From NCBI GenBank assembly GCA_049680165.1, contig JBAUHH010000393.1, positions 1 through 48,362 of the forward strand: 48,362 bases of DNA, read 5' to 3'. Of the stretch, positions 1 through 10,277 are shown in pieces; the first letter of the stretch is position 1; each line of letters begins with the position of its first letter. The translations under genes were made by a program, and so were the position numbers. A model generated the notes under the pieces. It saw only the letters and a list, made by a program, of their open reading frames with translations. It did not search any database and had not been told where the DNA came from. Source of the DNA: Pseudolabrys sp. Lineage in GTDB: Bacteria > Pseudomonadota > Alphaproteobacteria > Rhizobiales > Xanthobacteraceae.

Positions 1-31
1 CCCCAACCCTCTCCCCCGAGGGGAGAGGGAG
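1..31. repeat. Partial REP-like palindromic element (CCCCAACCCTCTCCCC..GGGGAGAGGGAG type), cut by window edge
   Basis: ccctctcccc-cgag-ggggagaggg perfect 10-bp stem preceded by ccccaa; a common alphaproteobacterial intergenic repeat; lies downstream of the LLM gene. Confidence 0.7.
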
Positions 32-64
32 CGGACCGTATCTGCTGCGCCGCTGCTGATCAAT

Positions 65-1183
65 TTACTCCGCCGCGGCGGTGGCGGGCTTGCCGATCGC
101 AGCGTTGACGCGCGGCATGACTTCTTCCGCCATCAGCGTCATCGATCGCCGGGCGAGCTCCGGGTCGACCCAGTCCATGCCGGCATAGACCAGCTCGCCG
201 AAATCGCCGGTCTCCTCGCGCATCGCCAAAATCTGGTCGACCACGCTGTTGACGCTGCCCTGGATTACGCAGTGGTCCATCACCCAGTCGTGCGTCATCT
301 CCTCGTCCGGCTGTTCCTTGTCGCTCTTGAACACGTAGAGCCGTTTGCCGCGCTTCATCTTGGCGCGCATCTGCTCGAAGTAGAATCGGTACGGGCTGTT
401 TTCATCCTCGCGGCCGTAACGCAGCGCGGTCTTGTCGTCGTCGGCGACGAACACCGCGCGCGCCACGCGCCAGTCCTCGACTTTCGCCTGCGTGCCGACT
501 TCGGCTTTGCCCTTGCAGTAATTGGTCCAGTGCGACTTGAGATGCTTAGCCAGCAGGAAGTTCGCCGACAGCGGATGGAAGTCGCGTTTGCCCATCAGCA
601 CGACGCCGGGCGAGAACGGCGCCACCACCGTGCCGACGATTTCCGGCCGCGGCTTCTGAAACGGCTTTGCCATGACGCCGACGCCGAGCTCGTAAGCCGG
701 CACGCGGCTGATCGCGACCTTGAAGCGGTTGTCGGGGAAATCAATGTCGTAGGGCGGATCTCGCTCCCAGATCGCCAGGATGACGTCGATTGCTTCCGCG
801 AAAATCTTGTTGCGGTCCTCGTCCAGCAATCCGATCGCCTCGGCGTCGGACGTGAGCGCGCCGGGGCTGATGCCGAACACGAAACGGCCTTGCGCGAGAT
901 GGTCGAACATCGCCGCCTGCACCGCGATCAGGACCGGATGCATGTGCGAGAGATTGGTGGTGCCGGATGCGAGCTTGATGGTCTTGGTGTCGTTGATCAG
1001 GGTCGCCTGGAACATCATGCTGTTGGTGATGTTCTCGCAGGCGTCGGTTAGGTGCTCGCCGACAAAGGCGTCGTAAAAGCCGAGCCGGTCGGCGAGGACG
1101 ATCGCCTCGCGGTCTTCGCGCAGGGTCTGCGACCAATCCCGGCCCATCGGGTGCACCGGCATCGTGAAGTAGCCCAACCGCAT
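65..1183 (-). CDS. Luciferase-like (LLM class) flavin-dependent monooxygenase
   Basis: MRLGYFTMP..ADRLGFYDAFVGEH; FDHLAQGRFVFGISPG; C-terminal SMTLMAEEVMP; GGAG upstream of ATG 1183 (alternative start 1189). Confidence 0.88.
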   Translation of the reverse strand: MRLGYFTMPVHPMGRDWSQTLREDREAIVLADRLGFYDAFVGEHLTDACENITNSMMFQATLINDTKTIKLASGTTNLSHMHPVLIAVQAAMFDHLAQGRFVFGISPGALTSDAEAIGLLDEDRNKIFAEAIDVILAIWERDPPYDIDFPDNRFKVAISRVPAYELGVGVMAKPFQKPRPEIVGTVVAPFSPGVVLMGKRDFHPLSANFLLAKHLKSHWTNYCKGKAEVGTQAKVEDWRVARAVFVADDDKTALRYGREDENSPYRFYFEQMRAKMKRGKRLYVFKSDKEQPDEEMTHDWVMDHCVIQGSVNSVVDQILAMREETGDFGELVYAGMDWVDPELARRSMTLMAEEVMPRVNAAIGKPATAAAE

Positions 1184-1481
1184 TTCCATCTCCGCCTCGA
1201 GGGTGGCCGGCAACCTATCCGAGCCACGCGTTGATTGCAGCAAAAGTTGCGTGAGTGCGCGAAAAGGCGCAGGAGCAAAAGCGCTTGGATTTCATCATGT
1301 TAAATCCGCGGTGTGGGGCGGGCGGATGGCCGCGCTGTCAATGGAAAACCCGGTTCCCGCCGCCGTAATTTCGAGTTGTGCCCGTTGTTCCCAGTTGGCG
1401 GCGGCGCCGCCTTTGGCTAGATCGCGCGGACCGACTAACTTTTGGCCAGTTTTGCGGCCGCAAGGCTGAAGGGAAAAATCG

Positions 1482-2126
1482 ATGTTGCGCTGGTTTCACG
1501 CCCTGATGCCGAAGGAGGAGCGCTTCTTCGATCTGTTCGCGCGCCACTCCGACGCGGTACTGGCCGGCGCGGTGGCCCTGCGCGCCATGCTGGAAGGCGG
1601 CGCGGCGGTCGACCGCAATTACCAGACCGTGATGGATCGCGAGCAGGACGCCGACAACGTCACGCGCGAGGTGCTGATCGCGGTGCGCCGCACCTTCATC
1701 ACGCCGTTCGACCGCGGCAATATCCGCGACCTGATCACCTCGATGGACAACTCCATCGACCAGATGCAGAAGACCGCGAAGTCGATCCGGCTGTTCGATG
1801 TCGAGCAATTCACGCCGCATATGCGCGACATGGCCGACGCCATCGTCAAATGCGCCAACCTGGTCAAGGAAGCCGTCCCGTTGCTGCAATCGATCAGCCC
1901 TGAAGCGGCCCATATCAGCGATTTGACGGCGCAGATTTCGGCGATCGAAGGCCGCACCGACGAGATGCACGACAAGGGCCTGCACGAGCTTTATCTCAAG
2001 AGCGTCGGCGGCAACGCGCTCGATTTCTTCGTCGGCAACGAGATTTACGACCACCTGGAAAAAGTAGTGGACCGCTTCGACGACGTCGCCAACGTCCTGC
2101 ACGGCATCGTCATCGAACATGTGTAA
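1482..2126 (+). CDS. DUF47 / PhoU-like phosphate transport regulator (Pit accessory protein)
   Basis: MPKEERFFDLF, EQDAD..TFITPFDR.I..L, D.FDDVAN motifs; directly upstream of pit. Confidence 0.93.
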   Translation: MLRWFHALMPKEERFFDLFARHSDAVLAGAVALRAMLEGGAAVDRNYQTVMDREQDADNVTREVLIAVRRTFITPFDRGNIRDLITSMDNSIDQMQKTAKSIRLFDVEQFTPHMRDMADAIVKCANLVKEAVPLLQSISPEAAHISDLTAQISAIEGRTDEMHDKGLHELYLKSVGGNALDFFVGNEIYDHLEKVVDRFDDVANVLHGIVIEHV

Positions 2127-2134
2127 TCCCTTTT

Positions 2135-2238
2135 GTCATTCCGGGACGATGCGAAGCATCGGACCCGGAATCCATACGCCGCAGCGCCGGGCTTATGGGT
2201 TCCGGGTTCGCTCGCTTCCGCGAGCGCCCCGGAATGAC
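2135..2238. repeat. Miniature inverted-repeat element (GTCATTCCGGG...CCCGGAATGAC family)
   Basis: 11-bp terminal inverted repeats gtcattccggg/cccggaatgac; internal hairpins cgatgc-gaa-gcatcg and cgctcgc..gcgagcg. Confidence 0.85.
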
Positions 2239-2258
2239 GATTGATACGAGCAGCCTCG

Positions 2259-3266
2259 ATGGACGCCGGCACGCTGGTTTTTCCTTTATTGGTCGGATTG
2301 ATTTTCGTTGCGCTCGCCTTCGACTTCCTCAACGGCATGAATGACGCGGCGAACGCCATCGCCACCATCGTTTCGACGCGCGTCCTGCGCCCGCAATACG
2401 CCGTGGCCTGGGCGGCGTTTTTCAACTTCATCGCATTCCTGGTGTTCGGGCTTCATGTGGCCGAGACCGTCGGCCGCGGCATCGTGCAGGCCGACATAAT
2501 CAACGAACACGTGATTTTCGGCGCGCTCGCGGGCGCGATCACGTGGCAGATCATCACCAACCGGCTCGGCATCCCGTCGTCGAGTTCGCATGCGCTGATT
2601 GGCGGGCTGGTCGGCGCCGGTCTCGCCAAGGCCGGCGTCTCAGCGGTGGTGTGGGAGGGCGTGTTCAAGACGGTCGCCGGAATCTTCCTGGCCCCCGGGC
2701 TCGGCTGCGTCATCGCGCTGTTCCTGATGCTGCTGGTGTCGTGGATCTTCGTGCGCTTCACGCCTTACGCGGTTGACAATTTTTTCCGCCGCGCGCAATT
2801 CATCTCGGCGTCCTGCTACGCGCTCGGTCACGGCGGCAACGACGCGCAAAAGACGATGGGCATCATTGCGGTGCTGCTCTATTCGCAGGGCTACCTCGGC
2901 ACAAAATTCTACGTGCCTTTCTGGGTAGTGCTCGCCTGTCAGGCCGCGATGGCCATCGGCACACTCGCCGGCGGCTGGCGCATCGTGCGCACGATGGGCT
3001 CGAAGATAACGCGGCTCACGCCGGTGCAGGGATTCTGCGCGGAAACCGGCGGCTCGATCATGCTGATTGCCGCGACTGAGCTCGGCATTCCTGTTTCGAC
3101 CACGCACACCATCACGGGTTCGATCATCGGCGTCGGCGCGGCCAAGAAGGTATCGGCGGTGCGCTGGGGCGTGGCAAAAGGAATTGTCACCGCCTGGATC
3201 ATCACGATCCCGGCGGCCGGCGTGGTTTCCGCGGTGTTTTATTGGCTGGCGTCGGCTTTCGTCTAA
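2259..3266 (+). CDS. pit: Inorganic phosphate transporter, PiT family
   Basis: [36 protein letters not shown] and GIPVSTTH signature motifs; hydrophobic. Confidence 0.95.
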   Translation: MDAGTLVFPLLVGLIFVALAFDFLNGMNDAANAIATIVSTRVLRPQYAVAWAAFFNFIAFLVFGLHVAETVGRGIVQADIINEHVIFGALAGAITWQIITNRLGIPSSSSHALIGGLVGAGLAKAGVSAVVWEGVFKTVAGIFLAPGLGCVIALFLMLLVSWIFVRFTPYAVDNFFRRAQFISASCYALGHGGNDAQKTMGIIAVLLYSQGYLGTKFYVPFWVVLACQAAMAIGTLAGGWRIVRTMGSKITRLTPVQGFCAETGGSIMLIAATELGIPVSTTHTITGSIIGVGAAKKVSAVRWGVAKGIVTAWIITIPAAGVVSAVFYWLASAFV

Positions 3267-4615
3267 ATCGCGACTTTGACGAGAAAGTTCTCAACCTCGC
3301 GCCGCAAGTCGGAAGCGGCGGATTCGACCGCCTCGGACGCCGCCATCACCGACTGAGCGGACTGCCGCGTCTCGGTCGCAGCGCCGGCGACTTCGTTCAG
3401 CACCGACACGACCACCTTGGCGCCGCCTGCGGCGCCACTGACGTTCTGCGAGATTTCCCCCGTTGCCGCGCTCTGCTGCTCGACTGCGGCGGAAACGGCC
3501 GAGGCGCACTCGTCAATTTCCTGCATGCGACCGGCGATGCGGCCGATCGCGTCGACCGCCACGGTGGTCGATTGCTGCACGGCGGTGATCTGACGCGCGA
3601 TGTCCTCGGTCGCCTTGGCGGTCTGCACCGCCAGCGATTTCACTTCCGAGGCGACCACCGCAAAGCCCTTGCCCGCCTCGCCCGCGCGCGCCGCCTCGAT
3701 GGTGGCGTTGAGAGCGAGCAGATTGGTTTGGCCGGCGATGTCGCGGATGAGCTTGACCACGTCGCCGATCTTCTGCGCGCCCGACGCAAGCCCCGCGATC
3801 TCGCCGTCGGTCTTGCTGGCTTCCGACGTCGCCATATTGACGATGCTGTTGGTGTGGCTGAGCTGGCGGCTGATCTCTGCGATCGAACGCGACAGTTCGT
3901 CGGAGGCGACCGCCGCGGACTCGACGTTGGCGGAGGCTTCGTTGAATGCATGCACCGCGCTTTCCGCCCGCTGCGAAGTCTGGTTCGACGAGCCGAGCAG
4001 CGTGCTCGCGGTCGAGCGCATGGCTGTGGCGCTGCCGCTCACGCTTGACAGCAGTTTTTCCACCTGGGGACGGAACGAAGCGATCGCGCCGTCGATGATG
4101 GAGCGGCGCTGCTCCTGGTCGCGAATGGTGACGCGCTCCTGCTCGGCGTGGCGCTGCTCGGTGACGTCCTCGTGGGTGGAAACCCAGCCGCCTCCGGGCG
4201 TCACATGATTGATGGCGTGAACGATGCGGCCGTCGGTCGCCTGCACGAAAAACGCGGCTTCCTTGCCCTTGGCGATCCCGTCGATGATCTCGCGGCAATA
4301 CTTATCGACGTCGCCTTTGAAGATGCCGGTTTCCTGACGGTGCAGCATGAGGTCGCGCAGGGTGCAGCCCGGCACCACGACCTTCGGCGACAAATTGTAC
4401 ATTTCGAGATAGCGGCGGTTGCTCAGCACGATGCGCGCGTGCTCGTCGAACATGCACAGGCCTTGCGACATGTTGTCGAGCGCATTCGACAGGCGCCGGT
4501 TTTGTTCGCGCAGCCGCCGATAAACGAGAATCGCGATAGCAAACAGCGCCAGGAAAACGCCGGCGAGCATTACCGCATTACCTACGGCAACGTGTGGCAA
4601 ATCGAAATTCAGCAT
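3263..4615 (-). CDS. Methyl-accepting chemotaxis protein with PAS (PAS_7-like) sensor
   Basis: One N-terminal [64 protein letters not shown] signalling hairpin. Confidence 0.93.
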   Translation of the reverse strand: MLNFDLPHVAVGNAVMLAGVFLALFAIAILVYRRLREQNRRLSNALDNMSQGLCMFDEHARIVLSNRRYLEMYNLSPKVVVPGCTLRDLMLHRQETGIFKGDVDKYCREIIDGIAKGKEAAFFVQATDGRIVHAINHVTPGGGWVSTHEDVTEQRHAEQERVTIRDQEQRRSIIDGAIASFRPQVEKLLSSVSGSATAMRSTASTLLGSSNQTSQRAESAVHAFNEASANVESAAVASDELSRSIAEISRQLSHTNSIVNMATSEASKTDGEIAGLASGAQKIGDVVKLIRDIAGQTNLLALNATIEAARAGEAGKGFAVVASEVKSLAVQTAKATEDIARQITAVQQSTTVAVDAIGRIAGRMQEIDECASAVSAAVEQQSAATGEISQNVSGAAGGAKVVVSVLNEVAGAATETRQSAQSVMAASEAVESAASDLRREVENFLVKVAI

Positions 4616-4672
4616 CCCGGTCCAAAATTGAGGGCGGAAATCGCCCGAATATTGGGCTTTACCGATTGCGAT

Positions 4673-4680
4673 ATGGTTAA
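4673..4680 (-). promoter_or_regulatory. CtrA half-site TTAACCAT upstream of the MCP gene
   Basis: atggttaa at 4673-4680, 58 bp upstream of the MCP start; chemotaxis genes are typical CtrA targets. Confidence 0.4.
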
Positions 4681-4866
4681 CCTTTGCCGCCGCCGGGTTG
4701 TGCTTAAGGGTGCCGACAACCCCCTAAAGCGATGATTTCGCCCGCAAAACGGCGGACGTGGCCTTAACGCCTTCGCAAGGTTAATCGGCCCATAAAATAT
4801 CCCGTCGCATTATCGCCAATCGCGGCTTTGCGACTCTGGGGGGACTTGCGTGGCGTCGTCGTGGTC

Positions 4867-6180
4867 ATGGCCGGAACGCGTCGGTTGATGAAGCGCAGGC
4901 CTGCCTCGTTCGCCATCAGCACGCTCGCATTCCTTTTGCTGCCGACGCAAATCGGATTCCAGGATCTCGGCGCCTTGATCGCGCAACAGCCGGGCGTATC
5001 TGCGCGCTGGCGCGCGCACGTGATCGCATCGCCGTTCGGCACCATTCACGCGTCGATGTTTTCGATGCCGCATCCGATCGGCACGGCGATCCCGCACCCG
5101 CCGCTTCATGCGCTGGCGAATTTCGATCCGAACGATCTCGCCGGCTCGATTGGATCGCAAACCCTCGGCGACGGGTCGGCGCCGCTGCAATTTCCGAGCG
5201 TCAACCGCAAGGCCAAGCACGATGCGCCGATGCCGCGCAAACGAAAGCCGTTGCCGCCGATCAAGGTGCTGCCGCCGGTCGATGCGCAAGCGCCGGCGGA
5301 TTTCATCGTCGGCGACCGCGACAATTTCGAAGCCCGCATCGAGCCGCTGCCGCAGGTCGAGGCCGCGCCAGCACCGGCCACCGAGCCCGATCTGCCCTAT
5401 ACCGATCTGCCGCCCGCCGACATTGCGAAAGCAGCGCCGACGCCGGGCGAAGGCGGCAATTCGGCCCAGCTTTATTTCGGCGTCGATCCGTTGAGCTCGT
5501 TGCGCGAAGCGATTGCTCCATGGGAGCCGGGCGAGGCGCCGGTCGTCATGATGCCGGACGCGCCCGGCGAATTCGACATCAAGGAGTCGGCGCTGAGCAC
5601 ACCGAGCGAAGCAACGAAATCCGGCGAGTCGGTCGCCAATAAAGGCGAGGTCACCGGCGTCGACAAGCGGCCGCTGTCGCCGGCGGAGCGGTTAAGCCTG
5701 ACCGGCGCGGCGCGTGCCAAGTCGGAAAAATGCCTCGCCAACGCGGTCTATTTCGAAGCGCGCGGCGAACCGGTGCGCGGGCAGATCGCGGTGGCGCAAG
5801 TGGTGATGAACCGCGTGTTCTCGCCGTTCTATCCGAAGACCGTCTGCGACGTCGTCTATCAGAACGCCAACCGCCACAACGCCTGCCAATTCACGTTCGC
5901 CTGCGACGGCATTCCCGACATCGTCACCGAGCCTGACGCCTGGGAGCGCGCCAAGCACATCGCCAAGGACATGCTAGACGGAAAATTGTGGATGCCGGAG
6001 GTGGCGAAGTCGACCCACTATCACGCTTATTGGGTGCATCCGAGCTGGGTCGCGGAAATGAAACGCATGTATAAGCTCGGCGTGCATACCTTCTATCGTC
6101 CGCGCGCATGGGGCGACGGCTCCGACGAAGCGCACTGGGGCGATCCCAAGTTGACCGCGGAAGAAGCCAAGAAGTTGTGA
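4867..6180 (+). CDS. Cell wall hydrolase, SleB/Hydrolase_2 family
   Basis: CLANAVYFEARGEP..GQIAVAQVVMNRV..CDVVYQN..CQFTFACDG..THYHAYWV; Pro-rich linker; start uncertain (4867 or 4888). Confidence 0.9.
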   Translation: MAGTRRLMKRRPASFAISTLAFLLLPTQIGFQDLGALIAQQPGVSARWRAHVIASPFGTIHASMFSMPHPIGTAIPHPPLHALANFDPNDLAGSIGSQTLGDGSAPLQFPSVNRKAKHDAPMPRKRKPLPPIKVLPPVDAQAPADFIVGDRDNFEARIEPLPQVEAAPAPATEPDLPYTDLPPADIAKAAPTPGEGGNSAQLYFGVDPLSSLREAIAPWEPGEAPVVMMPDAPGEFDIKESALSTPSEATKSGESVANKGEVTGVDKRPLSPAERLSLTGAARAKSEKCLANAVYFEARGEPVRGQIAVAQVVMNRVFSPFYPKTVCDVVYQNANRHNACQFTFACDGIPDIVTEPDAWERAKHIAKDMLDGKLWMPEVAKSTHYHAYWVHPSWVAEMKRMYKLGVHTFYRPRAWGDGSDEAHWGDPKLTAEEAKKL

Positions 6181-6345
6181 GTCGGCACGCCTTCCGGGCC
6201 ACCAAGTCATGTACCGCGTATATGGCTAGGATCACGAATATTCGTTTTGGCAGGAACATCCGAACCTATATGTTGCGGTGCAGCGTCGGTCCAAACGGCG
6301 CGCAAAACTTGATAAAACTGGACAATTCCAGCCGGGACCATCTCC

Positions 6346-7590
6346 ATGTCGGCGCAAGCGGCGACTGAACAACCAACAATCGGCTGGCGCACGCCGGCGG
6401 TGATCATCATCTGCGGATGCCTGATCGCGATGCTCAGCTTCGGGCCACGCTCGGCCATCGGTTTCTTCCTCACGCCGCTGTCGCAGGCCAATCACTGGGG
6501 CCGCGACGTCTTCGCGCTGGCCATCGCGGTTCAGAATTTGTTGTGGGGCGTCGGGCAGCCATTCGCCGGCGCGATCGCCGACCGCTACGGCGCGCCCAAG
6601 GTTTTGGGGCTCGGCGCGCTGCTCTACGCGCTCGGCCTTTATCTGATGGCGAGCGCGACGACGCCTTCGATGCTCACACTGTCAGCCGGCGTGCTGATCG
6701 GTTTTGGATTGTCGGGCTGCGCCTTCACCATCGTCGTCGGCGCGTTCGGAAAACTGGTGCCGGAGAACTGGCGCTCGACCGCATTCGGCTTCGGAACGGC
6801 GGCGGGCTCGTTCGGGCAATTTTTGTTTTCGCCGCTCGCCGTGGCGCTGATGGACAAGTTCGGCTGGCAGACGGCGCTGATGCTGTTTGCCGCGGTGTTG
6901 CTCCTGATCCTGCCGTTGTCGATCGCGCTTGCAGCGCCGCGCAAAGGTTCAGCCGGTAGCGCGACGCCGGTGCCGCAGCAGTCGGTGCGCCACGCGCTTG
7001 TGGAAGCGTTTGGTCACCGCAGCTACGTGCTGCTGGTGCTCGGCTTCTTTACCTGCGGCTTCCAGCTCGCGTTCGTCACCGTGCATCTGCCGTCTTATCT
7101 GCTCGACCGCGGACTGTCGGCCGAAGTCGGCGGCTGGACGCTTGCGGTGATCGGCCTGTTCAACATCATCGGCTCGGTGGCGGCGGGCTATCTCGGTAAC
7201 CGTATGCCAAAGCGCTACATCCTCTCGATCATCTACTTCGCCCGCGCGGCCTCGATCGTGGTGTTCATCTTGCTGCCGCCGAGTGCGGCGGCGACGCTGA
7301 TCTTCGGCGCGGTCACGGGATTGCTCTGGCTCTCGACCGTGCCGCCAACGTCGGCACTCGTCGCGGTGATGTTCGGCACGCGCTGGCTGGCGATGCTGTT
7401 CGGCTTTGCTTTCTTGAGCCATCAGATCGGCGGCTTCCTCGGCGTTCTGCTCGGCGGCCTCGCGTTCGACCACTTCGGTTCCTACAATCCGGTGTGGTGG
7501 CTTTCGGTGTTCTTCGGCGTGTTGTCGGGGCTGATCAATCTGCCCATCGTCGAGAAGCCGGTCATGCGGCCGGCGGTAGCCGCGGCATAG
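6346..7590 (+). CDS. MFS transporter
   Basis: About 12 hydrophobic segments; GAIADRYG motif A; FLSHQIGGFLG. Confidence 0.92.
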   Translation: MSAQAATEQPTIGWRTPAVIIICGCLIAMLSFGPRSAIGFFLTPLSQANHWGRDVFALAIAVQNLLWGVGQPFAGAIADRYGAPKVLGLGALLYALGLYLMASATTPSMLTLSAGVLIGFGLSGCAFTIVVGAFGKLVPENWRSTAFGFGTAAGSFGQFLFSPLAVALMDKFGWQTALMLFAAVLLLILPLSIALAAPRKGSAGSATPVPQQSVRHALVEAFGHRSYVLLVLGFFTCGFQLAFVTVHLPSYLLDRGLSAEVGGWTLAVIGLFNIIGSVAAGYLGNRMPKRYILSIIYFARAASIVVFILLPPSAAATLIFGAVTGLLWLSTVPPTSALVAVMFGTRWLAMLFGFAFLSHQIGGFLGVLLGGLAFDHFGSYNPVWWLSVFFGVLSGLINLPIVEKPVMRPAVAAA

Positions 7591-7670
7591 TTCCGGCGCG
7601 CGCCAGGCGCTTGCGCCCGCGCGGCGGGCGCGTCACAAATATCCTCGGTTCCTGTTGAAGCGAGGCGTTC

Positions 7671-8657
7671 GTGGCGGCTTTCAAGGCAATCGTGATCGAA
7701 AAAGCGGAGAGCGGCACCAAGGCCTCGCTCACCGATTTCGACGAAGAAAATCTGATGGACGGCGATGTGACCGTCCGGATCGAATATTCCACCCTGAATT
7801 ACAAAGACGGGCTCGCGGTCACCGGCAAGGCGCCGGTAGTCCGCCGGTTCCCGATGATCGCGGGCATCGATTTTGCCGGCATGGTCGAAGCCTCCAGCCA
7901 TCCGCGCTGGAAGCGTGGCGATAGCGTGATCCTCAACGGCTGGGGATGTGGGGAAACCCACCTCGGCGGCTATGCGCAGAAGGCACGCGTGAAAGGCGAC
8001 TGGCTGGTTGCCCTGCCCAAAAGCATGATCTCGCGCGACGCCATGGTGATCGGGACCGCCGGCTATACGGCGATGCTGGCGGTGATGGCGCTGGAAAAAC
8101 ATGGCGTGCAGCCCGGCAGCGGGCCGGTGGTCGTGACCGGAGCGGCCGGCGGGGTGGGCTCGGTCGCGACCGCGCTTCTTGCCAAGCGCGGCTTTGCGGT
8201 GACCGCCGTTACCGGCCGGCCGGAGGAATCCGCCTATCTCAAGAGCCTCGGTGCAGCCGAGATCCTCGAGCGCAAGGAACTGGCTGGCCCGCCCAAGGCG
8301 CTGGCCAAGGAACGCTGGGTAGCGGGGATCGACGCGGTCGGCTCGACCACGCTCGCCAATGTCCTCTCCATGATCCGCTATGGCGGGGCGGTGGCCGCCT
8401 GTGGGTTGGCCGGGGGCATCGACCTGCCGGGTTACGTCGCCCCGTTCATTTTGCGGGGGGTGTGCCTTTACGGCATCGATTCCGTCATGTGCCCCATCGC
8501 GCGGCGGCGGGAGGCCTGGCAAAGGCTGGAAAAAGACCTTGATCGCCAAAAACTTGCCGCCATGACCAGCGAAATCGACCTTCCAGGGGTGTTCGAGGCC
8601 GCCCCCCGCATCCTGGCGGGTGCCGTCAGGGGCCGGATCGTGGTCAAAATCGGGTAA
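7671..8657 (+). CDS. acuI: Acrylyl-CoA reductase / YhdH-family quinone oxidoreductase
   Basis: [52 protein letters not shown] start. Confidence 0.9.
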   Translation: MAAFKAIVIEKAESGTKASLTDFDEENLMDGDVTVRIEYSTLNYKDGLAVTGKAPVVRRFPMIAGIDFAGMVEASSHPRWKRGDSVILNGWGCGETHLGGYAQKARVKGDWLVALPKSMISRDAMVIGTAGYTAMLAVMALEKHGVQPGSGPVVVTGAAGGVGSVATALLAKRGFAVTAVTGRPEESAYLKSLGAAEILERKELAGPPKALAKERWVAGIDAVGSTTLANVLSMIRYGGAVAACGLAGGIDLPGYVAPFILRGVCLYGIDSVMCPIARRREAWQRLEKDLDRQKLAAMTSEIDLPGVFEAAPRILAGAVRGRIVVKIG

Positions 8658-8754
8658 ACATGTTCAGGATTTGGCGACGAAAGGCGGGCATAATCGGCTA
8701 ACTTGGAGACGGCCCGGTGGCCGTCTGTTTGTTGCGTACAGTCGGGGTGCGTCG

Positions 8755-9225
8755 ATGTTGCGTTGGGCGATAGTAGTCTTGGGTATGCTGGCAGCCGTGC
8801 CGGCGATGGCCGGAGAGATGAGTGCCGAAGAAGCTCGGCGCTTCGTGATCGGCAAGATCTTCAACTACACTTGTTTCGAGGGCACCCGCGGTACGGGCCG
8901 GGTCTATGCCGACGGCTCCGTGGTCGGCTCCATCCAATTCCAGGGCAGCGGTCCGGTACGCTACGCGATGCTCCCGGCCAATACGCTGCGCGTGAAGGGT
9001 GCGGCGGTTTGCGCCTCGCTGCGCGGCATGCCGGTCGAACCGTGCTTCAACGTGAGCAAGCTTGACGCCAACAGCTTCCGTGGTGCGATTTCGGGTCTCG
9101 GCTTTGCCTATTGCGACTTCACTCGCCAGCACGGGCATGGGCGCGTCAATCTCGCGCACAGCTCGCGCCACGAAGGCAAACCGGTCGCGCTGCGCCCGTC
9201 GCTAACGGCCGACAATAACAACTAA
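8755..9225 (+). CDS. Secreted conserved hypothetical protein (rhizobial)
   Basis: Signal peptide MLRWAIVVLGMLAAVPAMA; four Cys; typical codon usage. Confidence 0.75.
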   Translation: MLRWAIVVLGMLAAVPAMAGEMSAEEARRFVIGKIFNYTCFEGTRGTGRVYADGSVVGSIQFQGSGPVRYAMLPANTLRVKGAAVCASLRGMPVEPCFNVSKLDANSFRGAISGLGFAYCDFTRQHGHGRVNLAHSSRHEGKPVALRPSLTADNNN

Positions 9226-9227
9226 TC

Positions 9228-9704
9228 TCAGCCCTTCGCCGGGAAGATCATGCACGTCGTGGTGGCGTGGGCATAAAGCTTGCCCGCGCGATCCTTGAGA
9301 TCGCCTTCCGAGGTCGCCAGCGTGCGCCCGCGATGAATGATGCGGCCTTCCGCGCGCACCGGACCGGTGTCCTTGCTCAGCGCGCGCACGAAATTGATTT
9401 TCAGCTCCAACGTGGTCCAGGCCTCGCCCTTCGCCAGCGTCGAGAAGATGGAGCAGCCGAGCGCGGAATCGAGCAGCGTCGCGGCGAAGCCGCCGTGCAC
9501 CGTGCCGATCGGATTGTAGTGGCGAAATTCCGGCAGGCCTTCGAACACCGCGCGGCCGTCCGACGCCTCGGCCAGATGAAATCCCAGAAGCTCGCTGATC
9601 GGCGGGTTCGGCAGCGTGCCGTCGATGATGGATTTCAGGAAGGTGAGCCCGTCATGCGACAGCAGCGCATCGGGCGGCACCACGCCATATTTGCGATTTT
9701 CCAC
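9228..9704 (-). CDS. PaaI family thioesterase
   Basis: YNPIGTVHGGFAATLLDSALGC, TLELKINFVR hotdog-fold motif; GTG start inferred. Confidence 0.9.
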   Translation of the reverse strand: MENRKYGVVPPDALLSHDGLTFLKSIIDGTLPNPPISELLGFHLAEASDGRAVFEGLPEFRHYNPIGTVHGGFAATLLDSALGCSIFSTLAKGEAWTTLELKINFVRALSKDTGPVRAEGRIIHRGRTLATSEGDLKDRAGKLYAHATTTCMIFPAKG

Positions 9705-9732
9705 TGAGCCCCCGGCTGACGATGGTGCGAGC

Positions 9733-10239
9733 CTACCCCAGATTGAGCAGGAACGGCGTGCCCTCGGTGGCGAAATCGCCGCGGCCGATCGCTTCGATGG
9801 CGCGCACCATGCGGCCGTCGCGCTTGAGCAGCCTGTCGGCGAGCGAAACGATGCGCACGTTCGGCATGGCGGTGCGCGAAGCGTTGCGCAATTCCCAAGC
9901 GATCTGCATTTCATCCCGCTTCGGATTGAGCGCGCAGGCCGACACAAAGGCGCTCGCGGACGAACGGCTGATGCCGGCGTAGCAATGCACGACCAACGGC
10001 GCGGCGCGATCCCAGCCGGTGACGAATTTGATAAGCTGGCTCACGTGCTCATCGGCCGGCGCGGTATAGCCGTCCATCGGCATCGCGATGTCATCCATGC
10101 TGAGCACCAGATGGTTCTCGCGCGCGATGCGGCCCTCGAGCCGCACTTCGTCGGAATGGCGCAGGCAGGTGACGACGTGGCGCGCGCCGGTGCTGTCGAT
10201 GGTTTCGTGCAGGCGCGCAAGGGAGCAGACGTGGATCAT
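9733..10239 (-). CDS. Predicted protein-tyrosine phosphatase-like protein
   Basis: Intact CX5R P-loop VHCYAGISRS. Confidence 0.88.
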   Translation of the reverse strand: MIHVCSLARLHETIDSTGARHVVTCLRHSDEVRLEGRIARENHLVLSMDDIAMPMDGYTAPADEHVSQLIKFVTGWDRAAPLVVHCYAGISRSSASAFVSACALNPKRDEMQIAWELRNASRTAMPNVRIVSLADRLLKRDGRMVRAIEAIGRGDFATEGTPFLLNLG

Positions 10240-10277
10240 GCCTGGTATCTAGGACGGCGCGTCGGCGATGAAAAGCC

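Noticed and set aside
1285..1345. PHO box upstream of DUF47-pit
   Set aside because: Only isolated half-site-like words (CTGTCAA, ATTTCAT) without a properly spaced second repeat
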